NCBI GenBank assembly: GCA_048013815.1
Contig: CM106586.1
Coordinates: 14,756,001 to 14,820,000, forward strand
Source: Setoptus koraiensis
Taxonomy: Eukaryota > Animalia > Arthropoda
DNA: 64,000 nt
Direction of reading: 5' to 3'
Under the pieces are notes generated by a model. The model did no database searches. It was not told the origin of the DNA and saw only the letters and a list, made by a program, of their open reading frames with translations. The translations under genes were made by a program, and so were the position numbers. This document shows, one piece after another, positions 10,501-23,641 of the stretch (its first letter is position 1; the number at the start of each line of letters is the position of its first letter).

Positions 10501-13500
10501 TCAGAATGCTAAGCGCGCTCGGCTCGAAGCTGACCACCAACGACACACGGCGCGCAACGCGAGGCCCGGCTCACCAACTGGCCAGCACGGCAGCGAAAAT
10601 GGCGGTCAAGTGAAAATTGTTGTTATTGCTGCTCTTTTTGTGAATGGCCAACGCTCGAGCTGACGTAACACTGACGCAACACACGACATGGCTGGCCGAT
10701 TGCGTAACATGGATAATGAATGCGGCGATGCGGCGTTATTCATTGCGAGAGGAGCGAAGCGAGAGCCGCCGACGGTTACGTAATGCCGCCAGCCGCCGAC
10801 GTTACGTAATGCCGCCAGCTGACGATGCTCGACGGGCCGGCACGACATGAATTAGATTAGTGATTGGCCAATCGCACAAGTGTGCTCAACATCATCGACA
10901 CGCACAACATCGGCTCATTAGGGCGAGCTTAGGAAAGTTATCGACGCTGGCATTTTCGCCGACAGTGACCAGCGTGTATGAAGTGACCAGCGTCCATCGC
11001 TGTGTGTTATCACTTGTTTACATGTTACGTGTTGTCGGCGCCGATTATGATGTAACAACTGCGATAAGTGTTGCCATGTCATTATAAGTATATTATGTTA
11101 CGCAACAACAGGCTGTTGTTGTTGCGTAACAACAGGTTGCATCATGCACGGTGCGATGCCGCCGCAGCGCTACCGTGCAACGCCGCCGATGATGTAACGC
11201 CGCCAATGATGCAACCGATGTCAGCTGCGAGATAAACAACGACGACAAGTGGTTGCTGGCCTTGATTAATTAGTGCTGTCGCTCATCAGCGTGCATCGGC
11301 TGGCTCACGCCGATGCCAGCTTGATATCGGCAAAAGCGGCAAGATGACGTCTCAATTGACGCTCAATTATCGCTTCGCTCTCTCACCTGTCCAATGTCGG
11401 CCGTCGCTCACACAATCGCTTGTCGCTGGCTTGACACACTCGACAGTGTCGAGTGGACGCACCAATTCGTCGGTCCAATTTATTTCGAGTTCCAGTTGCT
11501 GCCGCCAGAGAGACCGCTCGCTGTGTCACCGGTGCGGGCGCGCATTCCGACGAGCCATTCCGACGAGCCATTCCGACGAGCTGTTCCGACGAGCCATTCC
11601 CGTGACCGGCGCAATCCGACGACGTTTCACATTTCACACTTTGCAAAGGTTTGCGCAAACTGTTTGCACATTTTGTGCGCCAACTTTTGCTGGCAACACT
11701 TTTGCTGCTGCCCGTTAATATTTCGACACGATGATTTAATCCGGTCAGTCCGCCGCGAACTGTTGCGCAACTGTTCGCACCAGTTGCAAGCGGTCCGGTC
11801 GGTCAATCTGGTCGGTCGGCCCGGTCGGTCGGTCGGTCTGGCCAGTCCGGTCAGAGATTCTCTGGCACAGTTCAACAGTGACTGTTGCCAGCGAACAAGC
11901 GATTGCGGCGAGCGCGGCATCAAACTGAATCAAACTAAATCAGCTCACAAAACATCATCATGTAATGCACCATTACGTAATGTTACATAATAAGTGTAAT
12001 GTGGTGGCCGTGAGAAGTGGGCCCGACACACAATGTCGTGCCACTGCAGCTCTGTGTAGTGGCTAGTTAGTTGTGTGTGATTGTTGCGCAATGTGTATCG
12101 AAGAGCCGTGCCAGCCGGACAGTGGGCATCGGTTGTGTTGCAACGAGCAATGAGCGCTGCTGATTAATTAGCGGCCGGTTTAATTAGCGGCTTCCACTGA
12201 CCGGCGCGCACTGACACTGTCCGGCACTGTCTCTGACAAGTGTCAGCGCGAACAGTGACAGTTCGTTGTGCGTTGTGCTCACTTGGCGAGTCTCAATTAA
12301 TGGCCCTAACAAGTGAGTCCAAATTGGTGGCTCTAATTAGTGAGTCTTGATTGGCCAGTCTAATTAGTGGGTCTTGATTGGTGTGTGGCAAACAACTGGC
12401 TTAAAATCGTGTGAAACAAGCGGCCCGGCAGCAGCACTTGAGCTGGCAGCATGGCGCACAATGGCGCATGTAACATGTTATGCAGCCACATTATGTAACT
12501 ATATTATGTAACTACTAGATTATGCAAGATTATGCAAGAGATGCGAGATGCCGTGTTAAACGCATAAACGTATCGCAAATTACAAACGCAAGCACCTCGT
12601 TTTTGCCCCAATCAGTCGGTGCTTGATTTGTCGAGACTGCAGTCTCGCCAACTTGGTCTCGCCAACTTGGTCTCGACAACTCAGTCTCGACGACGCAGCC
12701 TCCATCTGGCAATCGGTTCCGTTGGTCGTGATTGGCCCCAAAATATCAATCAAGCTGACTGGCTGATATTTTGATTTTGATACGCCAATCAGTGGGTTTG
12801 CGTGTCAGTTCCGTCGTGCTGTTACGTGCCTTGTGCTGTCACCGCCGCCGACTGACCACAAGCCGCTGGCCGCTGACCACTGACCACTGGCCGCTGACCA
12901 CTGGCGAGCCATATGACCCAATTGGTGGCCACTGGTGCACCATATATAGTGTATATATAGTGTATATATGGCATGTATAGTGTATGAGACCAGTGGCGTG
13001 TCAAGCTCAAACTCATTACACAACAATAATAAGAATGATAATTTGATGGCCGGTCATTTTGGCGGCCATTTTCGGCACATGTCGAAGCTGACCGACACTG
13101 ACCAAAACGCCGGCACACCGTTAGCTGCCAGTGGCAGGGGCGCGCCTGGCACAGTGTGTTAGTGGCACAGGCACAGACAGTTACGTAATTGAGACATTAA
13201 CACTTTATTGTTCAACCATTGCATAAATGATTGCACAGCGATTTATAACATTATAATGAGCGTTATTATGCGGGCGTGCGCAATGAATTATGATACAGTT
13301 ATGATACAGTTATGATGAATAGCCCATTACAGTGGCCCATTAAGTATCGCCCATTAAGTCGATTAGTGTACCGTTGACCACTGGCCAGTACAAAGTTGAT
13401 TGAGATGCGTGCCACAGCGTTGAAAGACAATACTCGTCACTGGCGTGAATTACTGCCACTTGATACTGTTGCGCAACGCCAACGGCCAGCGCTATTGCAA

Positions 13501-14110
13501 CATACATGTATTTATTGCAGCATACTACTCGTTAATACTACCTGCTAATGTTTGTGCGTGATGTTGCGTAATATCCCGCGCACATACATACACATAAATT
13601 GCCTAATATGTAACGGAATGTTGCGCAACATGTAACGGAATGTTACGCAATGTGTGACGGAACGTTGCGCAATGTGTAGCCCAATGTAGATACGTAACGG
13701 TGTGCGTTGAAATTGCGCGAAATGTGTAACAAGCGGCGAAATGCGCCAATGCCAATTATGAGCATCGGGTTAATTTGCATAAAATTGAGCTGTTGCCTTG
13801 GCGGGCACTGTCATCATATCGCATTGTTCTGACTGTCACTTTGCAGGCTGCGTTTTATCTGTTATATCTGTTATATATGTTACACGGCTTTGTGCGAGCC
13901 AGCTCTACAAGCTGCACACTGCAACTGATTGCGTAACCGTTGTTTTGCGCCGCTCAAATGTTGCGGCCAGGTGAGCGGGCAAAATTTGAGGCGCTTCAAA
14001 CGGCCGCTTTGTTGCGGCGCGCTCCACATGACTAATGAGGCCACAAACACACACACGCACACGCACACACACACACACACACAAAATAATAACATAATGG
14101 GCGCACTATT

Positions 14111-14128
14111 AACAACAGCAACAACAGC

Positions 14129-14195
<67 letters not shown>

Positions 14196-14230
14196 GCAAC
14201 AGCAACAGCAACAACGACAACAACGACAGC
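14111..14230. repeat. (CAA)n microsatellite
   Basis: Direct reading. Confidence 0.95.
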
Positions 14231-17200
14231 GTATTAATGGCGCCGGCGAGTGTGCGCAAAATTGTGCTTGTGAAACTTTTCAACAAGTGATCAACAAGTG
14301 GAGCACTCACTCAATTGCGCAACCGCTCGCTAGATCATTATGATAACTTACGCTAACACTTATGTGAACAATGTTACATAATGTTGCGTCATATCATACA
14401 TACATAACGTATGGACAACACAACACAACATTGCGTAACTGGCGCTGTTTGGAGTGGACTGTTGTGTCGTTTTGGGCACAATTGCTCACAATTGGCCAAT
14501 GGCCGAAATGGCCAGTGGCTTTTGGGCATTTGGGCCAATTCATGGCCGGCGTCGTTGTGTTGTGCGCTTGAGTGTTTGCTGTAATTGACGTGTAACACAA
14601 ACAATTTTTGTCCATTTTGAGCCATTAAAACACAATTTTATTCAAATCATCTCTCTGTCCACGGCAATTGCTCCCTTTTAGGGCGCTTTCGCAGTGCCCG
14701 CCGCCGCCGCCGCCGGTGTCCGCATTTTAACGCTCGTTGCCCGTTTCGGGCCGCTCATCCGCCAGCGCAAGCCGACGCAACAAATAATGAGCAATGAATA
14801 ACAAAAACAAATCGCAATGCCCATTGAGCCCATTGAGCGGTCCGCAATGGGAACGCTCGCGGCATTGTTTACAATTGCCGGGCCGGGCCCATTATGCCCC
14901 CGACCGCACGCCGATCGGAGCGTCTGAGAGCGGCCTAACCGGCTCACTGGTCAGCTCGCCCGGCAGCTGTCGAGCGGGCCAATTACGGCCCTTTCGGGCA
15001 ATGGCAAGTGCCGGCAAGTGCTGGCGATTTCTGGAAATTTCGCAATATTTCTGACAATTGTGGGCGCCATTGCGCCACAAATTGCGCCACCGCGAGCGCC
15101 GTTTCTCGGCACAGTGCGCCGGCTCGCTCGCCGCCAGTGTCGCCCGCGCTACCTGTGCCCCAAGTGTCGCCTGTGCCCCAAGTGTCGCCTGCGCTGCCCA
15201 CAATCGACAGTTGCGAGTCGCCTGTGCGGCCGCACAGGCGACACGGGCAACGGGTTGCCCGAGCGCAGCGGCCAATGGAGCCGAACAGACGAAAGGCACT
15301 TTGCGCGCCGCGCACCAATTCCCGCACTAAGCGCCGTTGTCGCCCGTCAAATGTGTCACCCGTTGAGCCGCTTTCAATTGTTTGTCCGTGCGGCCGCGGG
15401 ACACAGCGACATGCTCGCTTGCTGTTTGCGGCGCATCACGCAATAACCGTACCGCCATAACGAGCGCACTCGGCAAAAACGGGCCAAGTCGAGCGAACTC
15501 TGGCGAAATTGGGCAAAGTGGCGCCAACTTTGGCGAAATCGGGCAAGTCGCGCAAGCGGAGCGGCGCGAGCACAGCGACGGGCCACGGCGGAGTGCGCGA
15601 CCCGCGCAGCCGAGAGTGGACCCATTCTCAGCGGCCGTTTGCCGGCCGGTGGCGCGTCGATTTGCGCCCAGTTGCCCGCTCGCCGCGACAGTGTCGCCGA
15701 GAATCGTTCAAATACAAACTCAAACGTTGCAGTGTTAGCCGGGAATTTCGCCCGACGCGTCGCCATTGTTTCAGTCCATTTGAGCCGGTCGGCCCATTTA
15801 GGCGACTCTCATTATCTCGTTTGTGGCTGCTTGTTTGTCTTGGCCGGGCTTGTTGCGGCCGCGGACGGTCGGGCGGCGCGGCGCGGCGATTCAGTTTTCG
15901 GGAGAGCGCATTTTAGAAAGAGACAGTTCCACTCTATTTGTGGGCCACTCTCAATGCGTCCAATTTGGCGCCGATTTCGGACGATTTCGAGCCACTTGGA
16001 GCGGCTCGAGCGGCTTCAAGTGCCACTGGCCAGTCATGCAAATGCTGCCCACTGGCCACTGGCCACTGGCCGACTCATTGGTGCCACTAGCAAGGCACAC
16101 AACTAAACGGTCAGTCGCTCACAAACTGTTGCGTCAGCGCAAACAAACAGTGCGACAGGTGAGCACAACAATCGGCGCAACACAATGGCCTCGGGCCGCA
16201 GCACACATTGCGTAATTGACGACACAACTGACAGGCTATTTTTGTTGTTTATAAACAACGACGACGACGAGTGCTCAATCGTCTCAGTCGATCGATTGGC
16301 CCATTTCTGGACGGGCGCCACTTTCGTCGCCGCGCCCGCCGGGCCGGCCCGCGCTCGGGCTTGCGGTCGCATAATATCGGTGGCATAATATCGGTGGCAA
16401 TGGTTTATGCGCATACAATTTGTATGATGCAAACGGAGTCGGCCCGACGCGGCGCCGCGGCCACCCAGCGGCAAACATCGCCGACGGGCCTACACCCAGT
16501 GATACACTCACTGTATTACTGGGTCAGCGGGTATTCTATTTATGGTGCGCTCTCGGTGCAACATAAATAGTTAGTATTGTCAGTGGTATGAATAGAATTG
16601 AATTAAGACGCCTCGATCAACGGAAGGGTGGCCTGGCCAGAGTTACATAATATGTGCTTACAATCAATGTATTGAGCCAGTTACGTAACAATATTGTAAT
16701 TGTTGAATGTTGGGCGCTCATTTCGAACACAATGAGTCACGTTGCGCGACAATCGTGACGACTCGTCCTTTGTTTGTGAAAGCCCTTGAAAGCTCAACGA
16801 GAATTAACTGACCATTGGTCAGACTGGCTGGCCGGCCGGCACTGGCCGCATCATTGGTCAGTTGGTCGCCATTGTCGGACGGACAATGATTAAACAATCA
16901 TTGCCAGCAGTGGTCATTCTCACTGGCGCTCGCCACTGCGCCAGCGCCTTAGCCACAGCGAGGAGGCGCGTCGGGTCGGCCGGCCGGCCGGCCGGCGCTC
17001 ACAGAGAGTGTCGGGTATCCGTCGGATAACAGAGAGTGTCGGGTATCCGTCGGATAACAGACAGTGTCGGGTATGCGTCGGGCGCAACATCTCTCGCGGG
17101 CTCTACATTTTGTATGCAAAGATTGCGCAACGCCGCGATGCGATAGGCACACTAACTGTTGTTGGCATAACTTATATAACCCATATTATGTAAGTTATAT

Positions 17201-17437
17201 GCGTATCGTTATATAAGTTATATAAGAATGTTACGTAATAAAGTAAGCGTGTATTATACACACACACACACACACACACACACCACGCTAACTATGTTAC
17301 GCAACGACGTTAATGGCGCCCGGCCGGCGCATGACAGAGCGGCACATGCGACCGTCCGGCATACCCGAGCGTCTGCATACGAGCACGATGAGATGCGATT
17401 TGAATTGCGAATTGATGCAGCTCGTGAGAATATCCCA

Positions 17438-17552
17438 TTGTTGTTGCCGTTGTTGTTGTTGCTGTTGCTGTTGCTGTTGCTGTTGTTGTTGCCGTTGTTG
17501 TTGTTGCTGTTGTTGTTGTTGTTGCTGTTGTTGCTGTTGTTGGCGTTGTTGC
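17438..17552. repeat. (TTG/CTG)n microsatellite
   Basis: Direct reading. Confidence 0.93.
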
Positions 17553-18778
17553 CGCTTTTGTGGCACTCTCCTTCCACAAACACACACACTCTCGGCGGCA
17601 AACAACATGTGGTGGTGATGGTCAGTTGTTTCAGCGCAACACCCGATACACATATCTCGGCGTACACGATGCATATGTACAGATGGCTACACATGATGTA
17701 CAGAATGGCGGCCAATTGCGAATTAATTGTGTGCGTGCCTCATGATATCATACAGAGAGATCAGGTCATCATTGCGGCCAGGTAATCATCGCTCATTACG
17801 TAATACTGTGTGTGTATTACGTAATTGTCAGTTGGTATATAGGTTAGTGTTGTCGCACTAAAATGATCAAGTCGGCTTGCTGCCAGCGACAAGCTGCGTC
17901 TTTTGGTCTGACAGTTGGTTTGACAGTGCCGGCGCAGTGCTGTGTACTGTGTTGACTGTGTAATTCGGTTACGTAATCACGTATCGTGATGATTAAGGTT
18001 ATTCTCTCTAGCTGCCTGCTACTCTGTGCCTAACTATGATCGCCATACTTACAATACTTGTTAGATGCCAACAGGCTCAACAACCAGCGAGAATATCCGC
18101 GCCCGGCTATAAATATCCTTTCGTGCAAAAGTCTGATCTTAATGTCTGAGGCCAACGGCAACAGTGGCATCAAAGGAGAGTTTTCCACTCTGATCTAATT
18201 GCAGTATGAGCATTGTTTGATGATTGAATCACATAATGATCACACACATATGATGCAACCGGCTCACCTGTTGCCGGCATCATCGGGCGCCACTCACACG
18301 AGCGACTCGGCTGATCAACTTGTAATTACTTTCACGCTTGCGTCATTATAATCGCATCATGTGCCGTCGTTGTCAACCACGCCACGTTGCGCCACCGCTA
18401 ATGAGAACCAATGAAATTAATCAGTTGTGCTGCTCAGCCCTAGTAGCCAGCACTAATTAACCCTTGCACTTACGTAACAATCGCTCAATTCCCTTACGTA
18501 ACTTGCCTTGCACACATACATCATATCTGTTGCAACATATGATGGCACATCTGACGCAACAGATATTTGTTGTTGTTTGATCGTATATAGGTTTGCGCAG
18601 CCATTGGCACTAGACACAGCTAGACAGCCAGCTAGCTCGCCAGCTATTACGCAATCCGCCGCGCTCCTGTCTGATGGCTCCACCTGGCGCAAAACTCCTC
18701 AAATACATTGTGCACCGTTATGCACCGTGAAATATTCACCGTTATGCCTTCGCAAGCGCAACAATAAAAACAATCATT

Positions 18779-18862
18779 TTATAATAATATAATATCAAAT
18801 ATAATATCAAATATAATATCAAATATAATATCAAATATAATATCAAATATAATATTAAATAT
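18779..18862. repeat. 12-bp AT-rich tandem repeat x6-7 (ATATAATATCAA)
   Basis: Direct reading. Confidence 0.92.
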
Positions 18863-19190
18863 AGTGTAATGTGTGCTCTTTTTCCAGCCCGGCATTTTTC
18901 CATCCGGTTGCTCACCGGTTTCGCATTCTTCCGCCAGGGCGGCTCTGGTTGATTTTATCTTGCAGCAATGAGTGGGCAGCAGTTAGTTTTAAGCACAACT
19001 TATCTGCAGTAACACGAATGCACCTTGCGTCAGTAAAGTCACGTGCAACTTCTTGAGCGTACCAAGACTCTTGGTACTCTGGTGGGGCGCAGGCAAAACA
19101 GAGAAGCGTCTTTTGTGTAACACTTCAGCGCTAGCGTATGCATTCTGACGCGCTCTGTACGCCCCTGGCGGACCTGACGCGATTTCCAAA

Positions 19191-19260
19191 AGGACGCAAT
19201 TTCCAAAAAGACGCAATTTCCAAAAAGACGCAATTTCCAAAAAGACGCAATTTCCAAAAA
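19191..19260. repeat. 17-bp tandem repeat x4 (ATTTCCAAAAAGACGCA)
   Basis: Direct reading. Confidence 0.9.
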
Positions 19261-22200
19261 GGCACCGGATGCGAATGAGAAAAGAGGCAGTCAGTTTATT
19301 AGGCTATGCATTACATAAAGAGAGAGATGCAAAACTTGATTTGCGCATTTGTAACAAGAGCCATTCACAAATATGGACGGCTCACAATCGATCGGGGCCA
19401 TTGTTTATAGCGATGATCGTGCTGCACAAGGTGATGTTACGCAATGTTTTGTGTTATGTGTGTGTGTGTATTACATAACAATGTGTGATTATGCAACAAA
19501 ATTGACCTTGATCTGTTACTCACCTGTGCCGCTAGTGTGTGACGCGCTTGATGGCGCGATCATGACGCAACACTTGCCTACTTGAGCATGTTGTTTGTAA
19601 CATGATGACGATGACGGCGACGACGATGACGACGATGCAAACGCATGAATACGTAACACATTGATGATATGACTTCATTAGTGCGAGTGCGAGTGTTGTA
19701 TCCAGTTATCAATTTATTTATTGCCCATAACAACAATGCATGGTTACGTAACAATCGTTTGGCTGGCACGGTTGCAGCGATCGTGCCAATGATTCACCTG
19801 TTCGAGCAGCCTGACACAAATGAATTGTTTGCCGGCGTTGTTACTGCTGACCAACTAACAGCATATATCTGGCACAGTGTTGTTATTGTGCCAACCATTG
19901 ATGATCTTGTGCGCCTGCTGGACACAAGATCATCAATGTTTATGCGATATATAGACTATATATAGATACATCATGACCAATATCATCATCATCATGGTCG
20001 TCGTCGTCGCCGGGGCACCAACATAAATTGCATTGCATAACATGCGCGCCCCATAACTAACATTGTCTCTCACAATGTCAGTAGTTATGGTTATAACTAA
20101 ATAGCAACATAATATAATATACAACAACATCACGTATGTTACGTAATGACCGTCATGATGATGATGATGCCAACAAATGGGGTCACGATTGCACAACACA
20201 ACACACAAAGACTGACTGACTGACTGACAAAACTGGCATCGACTGGCTCACGCGCAACCGCCGCTTGCATCAGTGCAACATCTGATCTGAGTATAAGTTG
20301 CATCATCATCATCATCATAAATAGACGATGATGATGATTATGTAATGGGTGATATAATTCTGCAAGTCTGCATCTGGTGCATCGTGTGTCGTGTGTATAA
20401 TTTGAAACATTTAACTACAAACTGGCATCGCTGACGCGCTGATTAGTTGCAACTTGCAACTTGTAACTCACAACTTGCGCCGCTTGTACTCTTGTCGCGT
20501 CGACCAGAGAGGGCGCCACCTGGCCGCCACAAGCGCCCCTCTCGACAAGACCGCCAGTTGTCTTGTCGTTTTTAGTCATTTTATCTTGATAGTGGCTTCA
20601 TCGAGCCACTATCAATTATCCGCCACAGGCTCGCCCGGCCACTGACCACTGACCACTGTCCACTGTCCACTGGCAACGGAGTGAAAGATGAAGTCGGTTT
20701 CGTTGGCAAGTGCGCCGTTTTCACGAAAACGCCGCACTTGCCAACGAAAAATGTGTTCGGACGCCGGCAGTTGCGGCCAGAACCGGGCATGGAAAACGCT
20801 GGAGAGATGGGGGCAAAAATGGGGCCCGGACCATCATTAGGCGTTGTGTCCATCAAGCGGCGACGTATTCATGTCATGTGGGCCACACGGCAAACGATAA
20901 AAGTAACAACGAGGTGTCAATAGTGGCCGCCGCAGTGGATAATCCGCCGAAATTGTTGGCCAGACGGGGCCTGTTTTTGTCAGGCTCAGCTGTTTTTGTG
21001 TGCTGTTGAACAGTACAGTTCGGGCCGGTCAGACTGGCAGGTACTGGCGGCGGGCATTAGTGGACGGGTCATAAATTATAAAACAACAACGACAACTGCC
21101 AATTAGTATTAATAAACTGCTGGCAAACAAATAACAAAGGTACCAGCCAGATAATACTAGATAATACCGGCAAGACCGGGTAATGTCGGTGTCGACAACA
21201 AATAACAGCAACCATCAGCAGATTGGCAACGCAGCACAGCTCATGGCAACTTTCGCCAAGTAACTGCCAATAGTTGGCGCCAGTTTTATGGCACCCACGA
21301 CACCTGTAAATGGGGCCCATTATTGGGCCCCATTTACAGGCCCTGTGCGCCGCCAACAATTTAATGCTGCCATATTCACAGCCACACATGCCCAGCCAAT
21401 GTGTCCGACTAGCAAACACCCACTAGCAAGACTGAGCCACCGGACACCAGGGGCGCCGCTATCAACGTCATGATGGGCCCATTTGCAAGCCCATGTGCAG
21501 CATTGGCGCTTATTGTCACGCGCGCTAATGTCGCTTGTTTTGGTCGGTTTTGGAGCTCGCCGACCGGGGCCCCCCTTAGTCCGATGCGTGTCGGCCGTTA
21601 TGCTCTGCTCTGGCGGACAGTCGCGGCTAGCCAGACACGGACATCGGGCCGGTTGATCAGGTGATGTGATTGCAATCATGGGGCTAATAATCTTGTCTGT
21701 TTGTGTGTGCGTTTCTGTTCGCAAGACTGGCGCAAAATGCGATAAAATCGCCCCACGCAAATGCCCAGCAACTTGACGGACGGGCCAAATCGCGGAGTCG
21801 TGCCCCGAAAGCGCCGGGGTAAGCACTGGGTATCGCCGCCTGGTCACTTGGTATCGCAGCGCGGCCACTGGGTATCGCAGCGTCGCCACTGGGTATGACT
21901 GGGCGCGGGTATAGAGTAGTGGCCCTGAGCCGGTCGGCCCACAGTTTCCGGTACACAGAAGCGCAAAGTGGCGCACAGCGGTGCACGGGGGCGTACGGTG
22001 GTTCGCGGGGGCGCACGGCGGTGCACAGTGCGCGGGCAAATGAGCAGGCATCGATGCATCGTGTGCATAATGCGATACGCACAGTCAGACATTTCAGTCA
22101 GTTACATAGGCGTGCGCTTGAATTAGTTCATTAGAATAATGTTTGTCAGAATAATAATTTGGACCGGCGACAGTTATTGCGCCGGCACAGCTGACACGGT

Positions 22201-22929
22201 GACAGCCAACTGACGGCCGGCTGTCTACCTGGCGCCTTGTCAGCGCCCGACAGCCGAGACAAACAAAACAGCTGACAGGGTGAAAGACGGCACAAACAAT
22301 AACGCACGTCTTGCAATTGTCAGCTGACACGGGCTGTCACGAGCCGCCGTGGCAGCCAATATCTGCCACGAGTAGCTGCAAGAGGCCAGCCAGCCAGCGC
22401 CGAATCTTTTAATATAAAATTGTATCTCCGGCGATGCCCGCCAGTCTGACGATGCCCGCCAGTCTGACAGCGCGTCATCGCCGGCGTGTCTCGACCTTAT
22501 TTTGCACCTTTTGCCATATTTGGCCTACCTGTAATGTGATGTAATGTTTGTATTTGTCATACAGCTCAATCGCACAATGGCTGTTGTTGTCCGACACAAA
22601 CCAATAGAATTCGTTTTTTCCGCTTCAAATGAATCCATGGTAATTGCATTATGTGTGCCCCCGTGCGCATAATACCCGGCTAATAATGACCATAATGCAC
22701 ACACCGAGCCCGGGTTATTATCTCGGGTATGTCTGGGTTACATTGAGCGGGTCATAACTAAATTAAATTTATTTTATTTAGTCGTTACCGTCGTCGGCGG
22801 CGGCGCCAGCCTTGTAAGTAAGCTGCTTAGGGTCGCGCATTCGATTAACCGAGCAGCGATCTTGTCTCGCCGGCGAGCTCACCTTGCCGACAACTGCAAT
22901 AATCAACCTGCCAACAACCGATCGGATCA

Positions 22930-23100
22930 GCCGAACAGAGCCAAATGGGGCCGAATGGGGCCGAACGAGGCCGAACGGAGCCGAATTGAGCCAAACGGAG
23001 CCGAATGGAGCCAAACAGAGAGCCAAATAGGGAGCCAAAAGGAGCCAAATGGAGCCAAATAGAGAGCCGAATGGAGGCGAATTGAGGCGAATGGAGGCGC
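22930..23100. repeat. 10-bp degenerate minisatellite (GCCRAAYGGA), about 16 copies
   Basis: Direct reading; first nine units have an exact 10-bp period. Confidence 0.9.
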
Positions 23101-23548
23101 CCTCACGGCACCAATATCGCACCGTCAGGGCACGCGCAGGCCCAGACAGACGTGCCTGGCGTATCGATATCGACGAGCGGGATAATAAATAATATATTAT
23201 ATATTATACGGCGACTGCGACGACAACGGGTCCCTTTTCAGCCCGCTCGCTGTCTTCGGGCGCGTCCATTGTGTGTCGGCCAATTCGACACACGATCCAT
23301 GTCAATCAATTTCGGCTCACCTGTCCCGCAATTGGCCCGTGCCCCGTGGGTATTTTTCTGTGTGCTGTCGGCGGGCCGCTTGTGTCGTCACTGTCCCCGG
23401 ACAGTATCCGGGCCGCTCAACGCGCGATACTTAACTCGGGGGCCTAATTGAGCCAGCGTTAACTCGGGCCAGCGGGCTCGCAATCGCCCATATTGCATTG
23501 TTGTGCTCGGGGTACTCGGGCGACACACGAACCCCGTATTCCAGCAGC

Positions 23549-23579
23549 GTGTGTGTGTGTGTGTGTGTGTCGTACTCAA

Positions 23580-23638
<59 letters not shown>
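23549..23638. repeat. Compound (GT)n microsatellite
   Basis: Direct reading; similar tracts at about 36981-37020 and 41418-41451. Confidence 0.95.

Positions 23639-23641
<3 letters not shown>

Noticed and set aside
11868-11882. 15-mer CAGTTCAACAGTGAC shared with the 41.5-kb hairpin arm
   Set aside because: A few 15-nt matches are expected by chance in 64 kb, so this is not evidence of a target or family.
13374-13403. LTTGQY, resembling the tarsal-less/pri LDPTGxY micropeptide
   Set aside because: Lacks DP, and there is an in-frame TAA at 13341 with no ATG before the motif.
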